Origin: Calditrichaceae bacterium
Lineage (GTDB): Bacteria > Calditrichota > Calditrichia > Calditrichales > JBFXGD01
Assembly: GCA_050178385.1 (NCBI GenBank)
Contig: JBFXGD010000001.1
Span: 5,802 to 69,801 of the forward strand
Length of the DNA stretch: 64,000 nucleotides
Direction of reading: 5' to 3'
Part shown: piece by piece, positions 53,728 through 64,000 of the stretch
How positions within the stretch are numbered: position 1 is the first letter of the stretch
Layout of the letters: the number at the start of each line of letters is the position of its first letter
Notes under the pieces: generated by a model
The model's database searches: none
What the model was told of the DNA's origin: nothing
The model's input: the letters and a program-made list of their open reading frames with translations, nothing else
Made by a program: the position numbers and the translations under genes

Positions 53728-56700
53728 TCATTTGAGTACGACCATCTTTTCTATCACTTCTTTTGACGCGCTGTTATACTTTAAAATAATTTTATAAAGA
53801 TATACACCGTTGGCGAGTTCATCACCATCCCGGTCCCGCCCGTCCCATGATATCTGATTATATCCGGGAACCGTCAGATAGCCGTCGATCTCCTGGATGA
53901 TCCGCCCGCTGATAGTGTAGATTTTTATTTTTACCTCCGCGCCGCTCTGGTTTGTCTGGAATGTGAAATCGGTCTGTCCGCGGAACGGATTTGGGTAATT
54001 GATTACATCTGTGATAATAAGTTGCGCGCTTTCGGCGATATCAAAATGAATGGTTTCATCCGAAGGGTTGTTCAGATTATCAAACGCCGTAATTTTCAGT
54101 TCATGTGTCCCCGGTTTGAGAGAACTCAGCGGATAGGTGATAATTCCTTTTTTATAGCTGTCTTTTTCATAGACAAAAAAACCTGAAATATCTTTTGGAT
54201 TTTCCGTGTCGATTTGTAATGAAATATTATGTCCTACCTGTCCGGTCATGTTGATTCCGTTTTCATCATCAATTTTTGCCAGAAGAACAGGATTTTGGGC
54301 GATAAGATCACCCGAAGAAAAATTTTCCTGATCTTTAAAGTATAGATCAATAAACGGCCCCTTCTCATCTGAAATATTAGAGGACGAGCCATTGATGAGG
54401 AGAGTATCGTTGTAGCCCAGGGCTGTGTTCAACGCCGTTCCGTCGGATGCATAGACGGTGATTCTCCCGGTTGGCTTTTTCTGATAGCGGATTGATTTTG
54501 GAACAATGAATTGCCCTGTAAACGTACCTTCGTTGACAGAGACTTCACCCTTGAATAATAACGGCCCCCCGAGTGTATAGTACAGGCCTCCTCCTGTCGT
54601 CACAGAATCGTATCTGGCATCGTTAACGATAAGGATGGCATCTCCGTCAAAACTGCTGTTAATCTGATTGTTTTTTAAAATATTTCCCGTTACCTCTATT
54701 CTGCTCAATGCTTTTAGAGTATCGGGGGTTATGGACGTAATCTGAATATTCTCCCGGGGATCGGCGAGTGTCATGGTAGGATCGGCAAAGAGGTGATACT
54801 TCTGGTCATTGACTCCGGAGTATGTCGCCAGCAGTTTGGCAATCCCTAATTCAACGGACGGCTGGTTATTCTGAAATAAAAATTTATAAAATCTCTCATT
54901 AAAAGCGGCATTCTGACCGGAATAAACAAGTCTTGTTGAAGCGAGTACACCGATGGCGCCGCTGTTTTTTTTCCAGATCAGCGCTTCTGAAAAGCTGGGT
55001 TCATGCGGATCGTCGTATTTCCCGAAATCGCAGGTTGCCGCTATCAGAAAGGTCAGTCTGTCTTCGTTGTTAATTCTGTTCAGATCACGACCCATGTTAA
55101 ACACATCTTCATGCGCCCACACTTCAGGGGATCCGTGTCCCACATAATTGATAAGCAGTGTACCCTGATTGATATAATCAATGATCGCCTGATTGGCCTG
55201 AGGTTTAATCCGGTACAATCCTCCCGGGACTGAAGGGTATGCTGACAGATAGACTTTTTTAATGTTAAATCTTGATAATTCAGGAAGCGTGGCAAGATTT
55301 TCGGTTTGCGACTGATGGATCCATTCTCCTGTTGATTGAGTAGTGACTTCATCATCCGCCACAAAAGTCGCGACAGTCTGCCAACCGTCAGGCTCCATAT
55401 TGCTTTCATAATTTTTTAATTTTTCGATCATCCGTTCGGCATCGGTATGAGTTTCCACGGGTATCCGTCCGATGGCCAGATCCGGCGTGATATAATCAAA
55501 CAGGTCGGTTGATGCGTAATTAACATCGACGTAAAAATTGTCCGATGTACGGCTGTCAATTTCATGGTCATCATAAATTTCAAACGGAATAACACGGTTC
55601 GAGTCGGTTATTGCGATATTCCTGTAATCATAGTGTCCATCGCCGAATAATAGCACGTAGGAAGGTTTCGCGCCGCTCCAGTTATAATATGCGTAACGGA
55701 TAAAATTCCGGATGGCGGTAGGATCTGTTACTCCGTTGTTAAAATAGAAGAAGATATCCTCTGTCGTAACTATTTTGCTTGTAAGATGCTGCCTGAGCCT
55801 CGAAATTTCTTCTGCGTAGGGCGTGAAGGATTTATCCGTAATGATAAGAAAATCCGCCTGATTCAGTGAGCTTACCAGGTTATCAGAAGGGGTGAATTTT
55901 GAGAGGGAGGTTATCTGTCTGATCCTGGAAGACGTAAGATTGCTCACAAAAATATTTTGTGTGGTCGCTGACGCGGGAAGATCAAATTGAACTTCGCCTC
56001 CCTGAGGAACTGTGTTGCTCAGAATCAGTTTGGGAGAAACCGGATTGGTTACGTCAAAGGCGTATACCCCGCCGGTTTGTGTAAAATTGCGGAGCCGGTA
56101 TCGGACAGGCTGATTCGTTATATGTGTGTAAAAATTAAGCTGGTTATCGGTAACAGAAAAATTTTTCGGGTAGAAAAACTCAAACCAGTCTAGATAGGCA
56201 TTACAGCCGTCATAATTACCGGTGTACTGAACAGAGAATGTATTGTTGCCGTTTTTCAGCCATGATTGATCCGTGATGATTGTTTCATAACTTCGGCGAA
56301 ACTGTTTGGTAAAACTAACCTTATTCAATAATATAAAATTATTGATCAATGCTGTAAATTCATACCGGTAATCCGGATCGAGATCGTCTCCGTATCTGAT
56401 TCCGGAACCTCCCTTAAGCTGAATCCTGAAAAATGGAATCGCTCCTGCTGAAGTTACCGGGTCTATGGAAAAAGTATTGGTATAACCGGCCGATTTGCCA
56501 AAAAAACGAAATCCGTACCAGTCCGGTCCGGAGGCGAGCAGATTGTATTTATCTTCTTCAAAATGATAACGCTCATAATAAAATGATGATTCAACTGCTC
56601 CCGGCTCTTCGGTCAGAGTCTGCTGCTGCATTCTCAGCCCGTTTGTTCCGGAAGTGCTGAGCCAGTAATAATTGACCCTGGCATAGGGATGGTTCTGGTA

Positions 56701-57729
56701 TCTAAAATCATTGGAGCCGGAGTTATAGAACCAGCTGTTTAGGCTTTTGCCGTAAAACAGCAGATAATCATCACTGTCAAACAGTCCATTTTGATTCTGG
56801 TCGAAGACAAGTATGGGGATTTCCTGTGTAAACGGATAATTGTTTTCCGAACTGTCCGTGCGGTAATTAAGCGTATGTCCGCCATTGTTAAACATCTGGA
56901 TAGAAGCGGTGCTGAGACCGCTAATATTTATACCGGAACTTGCTAATGTTGACCCGGTAATTTTACATAAACCGTCGGTTTCCACACTCATACGGTAAAA
57001 CGGACCGGAGGGCATGGCCGCCGCTTTCCCGAGCTTTTTTGCGTCAGACTGGCGCCAGTTTCTGGCCACATCAAAATTTATCAGAAGCTGATTGTAAACC
57101 GCATCAATCGCGCTTCTTGCCGATGAACTTCCGGTTAAATTTACGGAACCGTGGTATACAATTTTCAGGCGTATTTTATTGATGAAAGTTAGCGAATTTT
57201 GAGCGGCCTGATACCGGAATGGAATGATCGATATGTTTTGAATCTCACTGTCCCTGAATTTTGCGGGCTCCTGCAGATGTATAATATCATCCGGAAAAGA
57301 CTGGCCGGAGTTATAAATTTCACTTTTGTAGTTACGATCGAGAACATTGATGCCGCGGCTGTCTTTATATATTCTGGGGACGGGAATTATATTTATTCCC
57401 GGGAGTGTTGATGATTCTAGATGCAGAATCTCGACTGTCACATGACCCGCCACAGGGATTCCGACCGTAATTCTTCTTTGAGGAAGATCAGGCGCTCCGG
57501 GCGTCATTCCGTAATCGCCCTGATCAAATGAGACGGAATGCCAAATACCGGAATCAGTTATCAGTGTATCAATGCTAAATTTTCCCGGTTCCCATTCCAG
57601 GATCATTGATTGCTGAGTGCTCTCAATAATTCTGAAATCTGGATATGCAATGCTGCCGGCGAGCAAGTTTCTGATACCAAAAACAGAGATCAAAAAAAAT
57701 AATACAGTTGCCTGTTTGTATTTTGTCAT
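53728..57729 (-). CDS. C25 (gingipain-family) peptidase-like protein with a T9SS-type C-terminal domain; PorU-like
   Basis: Signal peptide. C25-type catalytic contexts YVGHGSPEVW (His) and LIAATCDFGKY (Cys). The C-terminal ~80 aa (NYPNPF..VKIKIYTISGRII..WDGRDRDGDELANGVYLYKI) match the Por_Secre_tail/FlgD-Ig-like sorting domain as I remember it. Confidence 0.65.
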   Translation of the reverse strand: MTKYKQATVLFFLISVFGIRNLLAGSIAYPDFRIIESTQQSMILEWEPGKFSIDTLITDSGIWHSVSFDQGDYGMTPGAPDLPQRRITVGIPVAGHVTVEILHLESSTLPGINIIPVPRIYKDSRGINVLDRNYKSEIYNSGQSFPDDIIHLQEPAKFRDSEIQNISIIPFRYQAAQNSLTFINKIRLKIVYHGSVNLTGSSSARSAIDAVYNQLLINFDVARNWRQSDAKKLGKAAAMPSGPFYRMSVETDGLCKITGSTLASSGINISGLSTASIQMFNNGGHTLNYRTDSSENNYPFTQEIPILVFDQNQNGLFDSDDYLLFYGKSLNSWFYNSGSNDFRYQNHPYARVNYYWLSTSGTNGLRMQQQTLTEEPGAVESSFYYERYHFEEDKYNLLASGPDWYGFRFFGKSAGYTNTFSIDPVTSAGAIPFFRIQLKGGSGIRYGDDLDPDYRYEFTALINNFILLNKVSFTKQFRRSYETIITDQSWLKNGNNTFSVQYTGNYDGCNAYLDWFEFFYPKNFSVTDNQLNFYTHITNQPVRYRLRNFTQTGGVYAFDVTNPVSPKLILSNTVPQGGEVQFDLPASATTQNIFVSNLTSSRIRQITSLSKFTPSDNLVSSLNQADFLIITDKSFTPYAEEISRLRQHLTSKIVTTEDIFFYFNNGVTDPTAIRNFIRYAYYNWSGAKPSYVLLFGDGHYDYRNIAITDSNRVIPFEIYDDHEIDSRTSDNFYVDVNYASTDLFDYITPDLAIGRIPVETHTDAERMIEKLKNYESNMEPDGWQTVATFVADDEVTTQSTGEWIHQSQTENLATLPELSRFNIKKVYLSAYPSVPGGLYRIKPQANQAIIDYINQGTLLINYVGHGSPEVWAHEDVFNMGRDLNRINNEDRLTFLIAATCDFGKYDDPHEPSFSEALIWKKNSGAIGVLASTRLVYSGQNAAFNERFYKFLFQNNQPSVELGIAKLLATYSGVNDQKYHLFADPTMTLADPRENIQITSITPDTLKALSRIEVTGNILKNNQINSSFDGDAILIVNDARYDSVTTGGGLYYTLGGPLLFKGEVSVNEGTFTGQFIVPKSIRYQKKPTGRITVYASDGTALNTALGYNDTLLINGSSSNISDEKGPFIDLYFKDQENFSSGDLIAQNPVLLAKIDDENGINMTGQVGHNISLQIDTENPKDISGFFVYEKDSYKKGIITYPLSSLKPGTHELKITAFDNLNNPSDETIHFDIAESAQLIITDVINYPNPFRGQTDFTFQTNQSGAEVKIKIYTISGRIIQEIDGYLTVPGYNQISWDGRDRDGDELANGVYLYKIILKYNSASKEVIEKMVVLK

Positions 57730-57889
57730 TCATTAACTCCAGCTGATGAAAGGAAAATTTACTTAAGACACCGTTTTTTATCAACACTAAATTCTAAATC
57801 CGTTCCGACGCGCCGGATTATTTAATAGATTATTTCAGATACAACATGAATCACTCATGAGTTGTTCCTGAAATGTCCATTGGTTTGGT

Positions 57890-59668
57890 TTAGAAATTGT
57901 AATATAATTTGATTTGTCCGGTACTGTAATTTGTCTTGGCCGATTGTGAGTCATCAAGTGTCGATAAAGCGGCATATGCCGAAAAATCAAGGCGTTCCGA
58001 GTGATGGTATAACAGTGTCAGATAGGGTCCCTGATTGATGATATCCCTGACTTTCTTTTTCACCGGAAAATGTCTCCATTCCTGTCTGGCGTAAAGCGAA
58101 AATCCCGCGGTTACGCGCATCTGGAATATTTTTTCATGGTAAAGAAAAATATTTAAAAACTGGGACCTGTGTGACTGAATTTTATTTTGCGCGAACTCAT
58201 CCTTAAAAAAGCTGCCTTTTTCTTCCATTTCGAATCGGGAATGAACACCGATATTCAATTTTTTGTAAAAAGGCGTTATCAGTGAATCAGAAATGGTATA
58301 CTTTCTAAATATATAGCTTCTTATCTGTTCAGATTTTGGATCGAAATCATAAACGGTATAGTTTGCCTGAACACTGGTGCTCAGCGTATTTGTGGTTTTT
58401 TTGTATTTATAAATGACCTGTGGGTTCAGACGGAATACCCGGTTCCAGTTATTGTTCGCGCTCTGTTCCCGGAAAATATATATCTGATGAAAGAGATATG
58501 TATATGCCTGCCATCGCATTTCGAGTACTGGGCTGAAACGGTGCGTGTAATTAAGATGAATCACAAAACGCTGCTCGTCCCGGTCATCATTATTATTGAC
58601 GGAATCAGGTGTATCGTACTGTAGTTTAACATAGTCAAAGTCAATGCTGAAATGGTTGTTCTGATCGATATGACAGGAGCTTTGCAGTCCCACAGCTGTC
58701 TGACGGGTACGGCTGTCGGTTCGGATACCTGTATTATCCTGTGTTTCATCGTTAGTCCACAATGATAAATTATACGAGAGTTTCCGGCCGATACGATAAA
58801 ATCGGATCCGATTCTCAAATTGCAGTACATCGCGGCTGCTCACAGTCGAGATGTTTTTTGAAATAATCCTTGTGTCCAGTGTGATCATTTTGCCTGATGA
58901 TAACTGGTACACAAGACGGTTGTCGATGCTGCGGTTATAAAGGGTCAAATGAATTAAATCAGATGATGTTGCGCCATAATATTGTTTGCTGGTTTCACTG
59001 TATGAAAGACTTAGAGAATCACTGGTAAAATTATTGAATTTTGTTCCTACCTGCATCCCGATCTGATTTTCAAAATTCTGACGTGATTTGTAAAAGTCAT
59101 AATCCGAATCGAACTGCATATTTGTCCGGTAATCACCGAGCTCATAATTATTCAGAGAGCCTTTAACCCCAACATCCCATCCCCAGTCTGTGTTGGACCT
59201 GTTAACAGACTGCTGATAACCAGAGTAGGGTTTTATTGAGAAACCGGGCGTATCGTCATACTTTGCGCTCACTCCGAAAATATGATTTTCAAACCGGTTC
59301 TCACTGGAAACCTGACGGTCACTCTGGATCCAGCTTTTGCCGTAAATTCCCAGATCAATGACTGATAACGGGTAATAATATAATCCATCGAATTTATGTT
59401 CGTCTTTCCATTGTTTTTTACCTTCGGAAGGGATTAATAAATTGCTGTTAAATGATTCACTGACATTCCATTCCCAAACGCTTTTCTCAGGATTTGACAA
59501 ATTAATTTTACCAAACCAGTTCCATGTGGTGTTCTGTTTTGAAAATTCAGTTGTCCAGACAGGTTGCGGGTTTCCCATGTTCTGGGCATATAAAAACTGA
59601 GTAAGGGATAAGATTACAGGAAGAAGGTATATTCGGCTTTTTGATAAAACTGAGGGTGTTTTATGCAA
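57890..59668 (-). CDS. outer-membrane beta-barrel protein, unknown function
   Basis: Signal peptide ending LYAQ. There are long runs of alternating hydrophobic and polar residues rich in Y, N, S and T. The C-terminus is IKLYYNF, the aromatic-terminal OMP signature. I recognise no family motif. Confidence 0.5.
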   Translation of the reverse strand: MHKTPSVLSKSRIYLLPVILSLTQFLYAQNMGNPQPVWTTEFSKQNTTWNWFGKINLSNPEKSVWEWNVSESFNSNLLIPSEGKKQWKDEHKFDGLYYYPLSVIDLGIYGKSWIQSDRQVSSENRFENHIFGVSAKYDDTPGFSIKPYSGYQQSVNRSNTDWGWDVGVKGSLNNYELGDYRTNMQFDSDYDFYKSRQNFENQIGMQVGTKFNNFTSDSLSLSYSETSKQYYGATSSDLIHLTLYNRSIDNRLVYQLSSGKMITLDTRIISKNISTVSSRDVLQFENRIRFYRIGRKLSYNLSLWTNDETQDNTGIRTDSRTRQTAVGLQSSCHIDQNNHFSIDFDYVKLQYDTPDSVNNNDDRDEQRFVIHLNYTHRFSPVLEMRWQAYTYLFHQIYIFREQSANNNWNRVFRLNPQVIYKYKKTTNTLSTSVQANYTVYDFDPKSEQIRSYIFRKYTISDSLITPFYKKLNIGVHSRFEMEEKGSFFKDEFAQNKIQSHRSQFLNIFLYHEKIFQMRVTAGFSLYARQEWRHFPVKKKVRDIINQGPYLTLLYHHSERLDFSAYAALSTLDDSQSAKTNYSTGQIKLYYNF

Positions 59669-59715
59669 TGTATTCGTTATTTGTAAAGGGTGTTTAAATC
59701 ATCAACAATTAAAGA

Positions 59716-60051
59716 TTATTTTACAATAATCTGGTATACTTTTTCGTCCTTTTTTTTCATCTTGTACTTTTCACGCGCGATTTTTTCGATATATTCCGAA
59801 TCATTATTCAGTTTTGCTTTCTCGATGAGCAATTCTTCTTTCTTTTGTTTCAATGCCTCAATTTCATTCATAATTTCCTGTTTCGCGCGATAATTTCGAT
59901 AGAACTCTATGGTGCCCCGGGAGCCCTGCAGAAAATAAAAGTAAATGAGGCCGACCACAATTAGGCCCACTACCCATTTCTTGTTTACAGAACCGAGTTT
60001 TAGTTTTCCCGTTTTACGTCTGGAAGTGACTCTTTTAATATTTTTTTTCAT
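59716..60051 (-). CDS. septum formation initiator family protein (FtsB/DivIC-like)
   Basis: 111 aa. Basic N-terminus, a single TM (WVVGLIVVGLIYFYFL), a coiled coil (IEALKQKKEELLIEKAKL), and the C-terminal block YIEKIAREKYKMKKKDEKVY typical of this family. Confidence 0.65.
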   Translation of the reverse strand: MKKNIKRVTSRRKTGKLKLGSVNKKWVVGLIVVGLIYFYFLQGSRGTIEFYRNYRAKQEIMNEIEALKQKKEELLIEKAKLNNDSEYIEKIAREKYKMKKKDEKVYQIIVK

Positions 60052-60066
60052 ATAATTATTTAAATC

Positions 60067-60096
60067 GCCCGGTTTCGTGTTGAGTTAAAACCGGGC
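60067..60096 (-). terminator. hairpin between eno and the ftsB-like gene (possible attenuator)
   Basis: A 9-bp GC-rich stem, GCCCGGTTT (60067-60075) / AAACCGGGC (60088-60096), with a 12-nt loop. On the minus strand GATTTAAATAATTATA follows, then the ftsB-like ATG. The U-tract is not canonical. Confidence 0.35.
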
Positions 60097-60105
60097 TGAT
60101 TAGAT

Positions 60106-61422
<1,317 letters not shown>

Positions 61423-61491
61423 TCAAATTAATAGCCGCAAGTTACATATAAGCAAAAAAAAGTTCAAGCTATTATTTCCAAAGCTGTTGGA

Positions 61492-62265
61492 CTAGGAATT
61501 CCTGTGTAAAACGCTTGAAGATGCCTGGTCCGTCGGAAAAACAATGACCTCAGCAATCTGAACATGTGCGGGTCGTGATGTGATGAATATGATAACATCG
61601 GCAATATCATCTCCGCGAAGAGGTGTCAGATTCTTATAAACAGACTCGGCTTTGTCTTTATCACCGCGGAAGCGCACCATGCTGAATTCGGTCTCAACCA
61701 AACCCGGATCAACCGTCGATACTCTGATGGGTGTTTCAACCAATTCAATACGCAGAGCTTTTGTCAAAGCGTCAACCGCGTGTTTTGTGGCGCAGTAAAC
61801 GTTTCCTCCCGGATAAACTTCGTGACCGGCAATGGAACCAAGGTTAACCACATGCCCTTTATTTCTCTTAATCATACCAGGAACTACCGCCCTGGTGATA
61901 TATAACAATCCCTTAACATTTGTATCGATCACCTCATCATAATCTTCGGCCGTCATCTCAAATACTTTGCTCACTCCTCTCGCAAGTCCGGCGTTATTGA
62001 TCAGAATATCAATTGATTGCCATTCCTCGGGTAATGAGGATATTTTTTCTGAAACCTTTGATTTATCCCGAATGTCGAATGAGAGTAAAAAGCAGTTAAT
62101 ATTATGATTTTTCTGTAACTCTTTAGAAAGTTTCTCAAGCCTGTCCCCACGTCTGCCGGTTAAGATTAGATTGCTGCCTTCCTTCGCGAATGCGCGGGCG
62201 CATGCTTCGCCGATTCCGCTTGTGGCCCCGGTAATCAAAACAATTTTATTTTTCAGTTTTGTCAT
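61492..62265 (-). CDS. short-chain dehydrogenase/reductase (YdfG-like NADP-dependent)
   Basis: ITGATSGIGEA cofactor motif with the downstream TGRR (NADP preference), NNAG, and YCATKHA (YxxxK). Confidence 0.85.
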   Translation of the reverse strand: MTKLKNKIVLITGATSGIGEACARAFAKEGSNLILTGRRGDRLEKLSKELQKNHNINCFLLSFDIRDKSKVSEKISSLPEEWQSIDILINNAGLARGVSKVFEMTAEDYDEVIDTNVKGLLYITRAVVPGMIKRNKGHVVNLGSIAGHEVYPGGNVYCATKHAVDALTKALRIELVETPIRVSTVDPGLVETEFSMVRFRGDKDKAESVYKNLTPLRGDDIADVIIFITSRPAHVQIAEVIVFPTDQASSSVLHRNS

Positions 62266-62608
62266 GGCAATACTCCATAATATTGTAAGTTTCTAAGGTT
62301 TATTTTTGTATGATTGAGAATACCTGCTATAATAACGATATTACAGTCAAAATATTTATCATAATTTTGATTAATGAAATATAATAAGATTTATCAACAA
62401 TAAAACTTAAAAATTCATTTCAGAAGCAATGCCAGGTACTCTGAAAACGAAAATGAAATAACGGGAGCGCCTAAATATTTAAGAATAAGGGATAAAGGCT
62501 GAAAGGGATGTATTGTAAAAATTCGAAAGCTGTCCCGGCGGCGATTATCCTTTTGAATAAAATGAATATTTGATTGTATATAATAGTGAGAAAGCGGGAA
62601 AGGATTTC

Positions 62609-63169
62609 ATGACGACAGACCGGGAGGCCATTGTGGCTTGTCAGGAGGGATTAAAAGAAAGTTACAGGTTTCTTGTTGAAAAATACAAGGTGCGCGCCTA
62701 TCATGCCGCTTTTGCCTGGACCGGAAACGCCGAGGAGGCGATGGACATATCCCAGGAAGCGTTTTATCGCGCTTATCGTTCTCTAAAAAAGGTGGATCCC
62801 GAAAAAAATTTTTATACCTGGCTTTATAAAATCATAAAAAATCTGAGCATCAATTATCTTAAAAAATCAGAGTTGGTAAACAGAATAAACAGGCCGGCTG
62901 ACGGATTGACAATAGACAGCAATTATTCGAATATGGCAGATACGCCGGATTGGATCTATGAAGAAAATGAAAAGAAACAACTCTTGTGGCGCGCGATAAA
63001 TATCCTTGATTTAAGAGATAAAGAGATAATTATCCTTAAGGAATTTCAGGAAATGAGCTATCAGGAGATTGCGGATACATTGGAGATTCCCATTGGGAGT
63101 GTGATGTCCCGGTTGTATTACGCGAGAAAAAAATTAATAAAAACAGTGGGATTTTTAATTGATGAATAA
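62609..63169 (+). CDS. ECF-type RNA polymerase sigma-70 factor
   Basis: Region 2 (YKVRAYHAAFAWTGNAEEAMDISQEAFYRAY, FYTWLYKII) and the region 4 HTH (MSYQEIADTLEIPIGSVMSRLYYARKKL). ATG 62609 behind GGAAAGGA is preferred over the track's TTG 62570. Confidence 0.85.
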   Translation: MTTDREAIVACQEGLKESYRFLVEKYKVRAYHAAFAWTGNAEEAMDISQEAFYRAYRSLKKVDPEKNFYTWLYKIIKNLSINYLKKSELVNRINRPADGLTIDSNYSNMADTPDWIYEENEKKQLLWRAINILDLRDKEIIILKEFQEMSYQEIADTLEIPIGSVMSRLYYARKKLIKTVGFLIDE

Positions 63170-63620
63170 TAATCTGACATGCGAAGAGATCAGACCTTTG
63201 ATGATGGGACTGATTGACAATGAATTGGATCAGATGCAGATTAAAAATGTACGATCACATCTGGAGAATTGCAGCTCATGCAAACTGCAATATGAATCCT
63301 TTTTAAACTTAAAGAAGGAGACAGAGGTCATGAAAAGTATAAAATATCCGGAAGATTACTGGGACGGCTATTGGGAAACTATTTATAACAGGATTGAAAG
63401 AGGAATAAGCTGGCTGCTTATTTCAATCGGCGCCGTTCTGATTCTTGGATTCGGAGCTTATGAAGCGTTACGCGAATTTTTTAATGATACGCAAATACCG
63501 CTGCTTCTTAGAGCGGGAATCGGTGTTTTTGTTATCGGGACGATCATGTTAGTTGTATCTGTGATACGTGAAAAAATTACAACAAGAAAACAGGATATCT
63601 ACAGGAGGATTAAGCGATGA
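63162..63620 (+). CDS. membrane anti-sigma factor (zf-HC2 type)
   Basis: The N-terminal zf-HC2 pattern HLENCSSCKLQYE follows CEEIRPLMMGLIDNEL. There are two C-terminal TM segments. It overlaps the sigma gene end by 8 nt. Confidence 0.7.
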   Translation: MNNNLTCEEIRPLMMGLIDNELDQMQIKNVRSHLENCSSCKLQYESFLNLKKETEVMKSIKYPEDYWDGYWETIYNRIERGISWLLISIGAVLILGFGAYEALREFFNDTQIPLLLRAGIGVFVIGTIMLVVSVIREKITTRKQDIYRRIKR

Positions 63621-63931
63621 TATGTGTAACAAGCAATGAAATCCCGGGTAAGGAAATCGTCAGTGTTCTCGGTTTGGTAAGAGGTAATACGATCCGCGCC
63701 AGAAATATAGGCCGCGATATTATAGCGGTTTTTAAAAATATTATCGGGGGTGAAATTGAGGAATACACGAAATTAATGGCGGAATCAAGAGACCAGTCTT
63801 TGGACAGGATGATGAAACAGGCGGAGGAGATGGGGGCTAATGCGGTAGTCGGGCTCAGGATTTCCACATCATATATTATGGCGAACGCCGCCGAAATTCT
63901 TGTATATGGAACCGCGGTTGTTGTAAAATAA
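63617..63931 (+). CDS. YbjQ/UPF0145 family protein
   Basis: 104 aa. LGLVRGNTIRARNIGRDI, GGEIEEYTKLMAESRDQSLDRM, GANAVVGLR and YGTAVVV are the family pattern. An ATGA overlap links it to the anti-sigma gene. Confidence 0.8.
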   Translation: MICVTSNEIPGKEIVSVLGLVRGNTIRARNIGRDIIAVFKNIIGGEIEEYTKLMAESRDQSLDRMMKQAEEMGANAVVGLRISTSYIMANAAEILVYGTAVVVK

Positions 63932-64000
63932 AAATAATGGCTTGAATGTTTACAAAAAGAAATATTTCACTTGACTTTTGCTGACATGTGATGCTATTTT

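Noticed and set aside
55080-55409. 109-aa ORF on the same strand as, and inside, the PorU-like gene (alternative frame)
   Set aside because: It is fully nested out of frame in a well-supported long ORF, with no SD or motifs. It is a frame-shadow ORF.
57890-59668. Calling the 592-aa barrel PorV
   Set aside because: Only gene position supports it. The size is about 200 aa larger than PorV as I know it, and I see no diagnostic motif. It is kept as an unknown OMP with a hypothesis in the findings.

Overview
The window comes from a low-GC diderm bacterium (about 40% GC by eye). Shine-Dalgarno sites are strong, and a gingipain/PorU-like protein carries a T9SS-type C-terminal domain. From this I infer an FCB-group lineage, related to Bacteroidota but probably not Bacteroidia; this is inference only. 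I call 51 protein-coding genes and a few hairpin terminators. I saw no rRNA, tRNA, CRISPR array, transposase, integrase or prophage genes. All family calls rest on motif recognition by eye, and no searches were run.

Layout:
(1) 0.2-7.5 kb: fermentative, substrate-level-phosphorylation genes (COG2403-like P-loop protein, arcC, sucCD, ndk, hbd, ackA).
(2) 7.5-14.6 kb: the canonical yceD-rpmF-plsX-fabH-fabD-fabG-acpP-fabF-rnc block.
(3) 14.6-32.5 kb: an AT-rich surface-polysaccharide locus. It holds wecB, a Wza-like protein, a Wzz-like protein, a LicC::HAD fusion, a TagF-like transferase, a Wzy-like protein, three GT2, one GT4, a Wzi-like protein and two unusual fusion proteins.
(4) 32.7-36.0 kb: serS, a class II aldolase, plsC and upp.
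(5) 36.0-45.9 kb, minus strand: a partner-switching cluster with no sigma factor. It has three GAF-PP2C phosphatases, one STAS protein, one RsbW-like kinase, a lipoprotein and a REC-GAF-GGDEF protein.
(6) adk, rlmN, an orphan moxR and a 1516-aa hybrid histidine kinase.
(7) 53.7-59.7 kb: a PorU-like C25 peptidase and a 592-aa outer-membrane barrel.
(8) An ftsB-like gene, eno, an SDR and an ECF sigma / anti-sigma / YbjQ operon.

Best candidates for something undescribed:
- The adjacent genes at 27979-32505. A WecA-type initiating transferase and a GT2 are each fused to a WbaP-type module whose catalytic Asp-Glu dyad appears lost.
- The teichoic-acid-like LicC::HAD plus TagF pair inside a diderm export locus.
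- The three-input partner-switching cluster, which lacks a sigma factor and ends in a diguanylate cyclase.
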